In this document: positions 63,723 to 64,000 of the stretch, one piece after another | Layout of the letters: each line of letters starts with the position of its first letter | Position numbering within the stretch: the stretch's first letter is position 1 | NCBI GenBank assembly: GCA_963726425.1 | Contig: CAVSCN010000024.1 | Location: forward strand, 74,701-138,700 | Length of the DNA stretch: 64,000 bases | Source: an uncultured Actinomycetota bacterium | Lineage (GTDB): Bacteria > Actinomycetota > Actinomycetes > Streptosporangiales > Streptosporangiaceae | Direction of reading: 5' to 3' | Made by a program: the position numbers and the translations under genes | Notes under the pieces: generated by a model | Seen by the model: the letters and a program-made list of their open reading frames with translations, nothing else | Database searches by the model: none | What the model was told of the DNA's origin: nothing

Positions 63723-64000
63723 CTAGTCGAACCGCTGGCCCGTGCCCGGCGCGCTCGCCTCGGCGTAGTCGCGCTGACGAGGCTGCAGCGTGCCGGTGGA
63801 GATCACCAGCGTGCGGGCGAGGTGGTCGCCGATCCGCTGCCGGTGCCGCGAGCACAGGATGACGATGAACCCGACCAGGCCAGTGAACGGCCACGTGTAC
63901 GGGATCGCGTCGAAGATCAGGCAGATCCAGCGGATGAACAGCTGGGTCATGTTCGCCGGCCCGCCGTCCTTGCTGATGACGCGCAGGCCCAGCAGCTGCA
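63723..64000 (-). CDS. RDD-family membrane protein, C-terminal part (gene runs off the right edge)
   Basis: ...LGLRVISKDGGPANMTQLFIRWICLIFDAIPYTWPFTGLVGFIVILCSRHRQRIGDHLARTLVI... is the typical RDD-domain ending. The frame is open to position 64000. Confidence 0.65.
   Translation of the reverse strand, partial: QLLGLRVISKDGGPANMTQLFIRWICLIFDAIPYTWPFTGLVGFIVILCSRHRQRIGDHLARTLVISTGTLQPRQRDYAEASAPGTGQRFD

Overview
Very high-G+C actinomycete-type chromosomal DNA: codon third positions are almost all G/C, and I recognised no rRNA, tRNA, CRISPR, transposase or integrase. I can place 50 protein-coding loci.

Gene order, left to right:
- corA (partial), a 1-Cys peroxiredoxin, a P450, a D-aminoacylase, a zinc-ribbon hypothetical and a secreted S53 peptidase.
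- A saccharopine-dehydrogenase-like gene, then a GlxA / MarR / MFS regulator-efflux group.
- A regulator-dense block: anti-sigma-like ATPase, LAL-type LuxR, WhiJ-like XRE, SARP-NB-ARC-TPR and a STAND-TPR protein. This block also holds an intact bacterial nitric-oxide synthase, a flavohemoglobin-like globin-reductase, a DivIVA-domain gene and two candidate small exported-peptide ORFs.
- katG-furA, murJ with a long low-complexity N-terminal extension, a fused MFS/spermidine synthase and an alpha/beta-hydrolase-LuxR fusion.
- An 8-gene LacI-GH39-ABC(Dpp-type)-DUF3131 glycan operon.
- A right-hand metabolic block: PPOX/F420-type, class IV aminotransferase, helicase, crotonase, Ddn-like, serine hydrolase, TetR, two acyl-CoA dehydrogenases, two MBL hydrolases and an RDD protein.

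Two window-scale observations stand out:
1. 24 of the 50 loci need reading-frame corrections, and these lesions cluster by gene.
2. A ~50-nt element with a CGTCAGCTGACG palindrome recurs three times in intergenic DNA around the NOS/globin block.

I did not find a system I can confidently call new. The NOS-centred block is the best candidate for follow-up.
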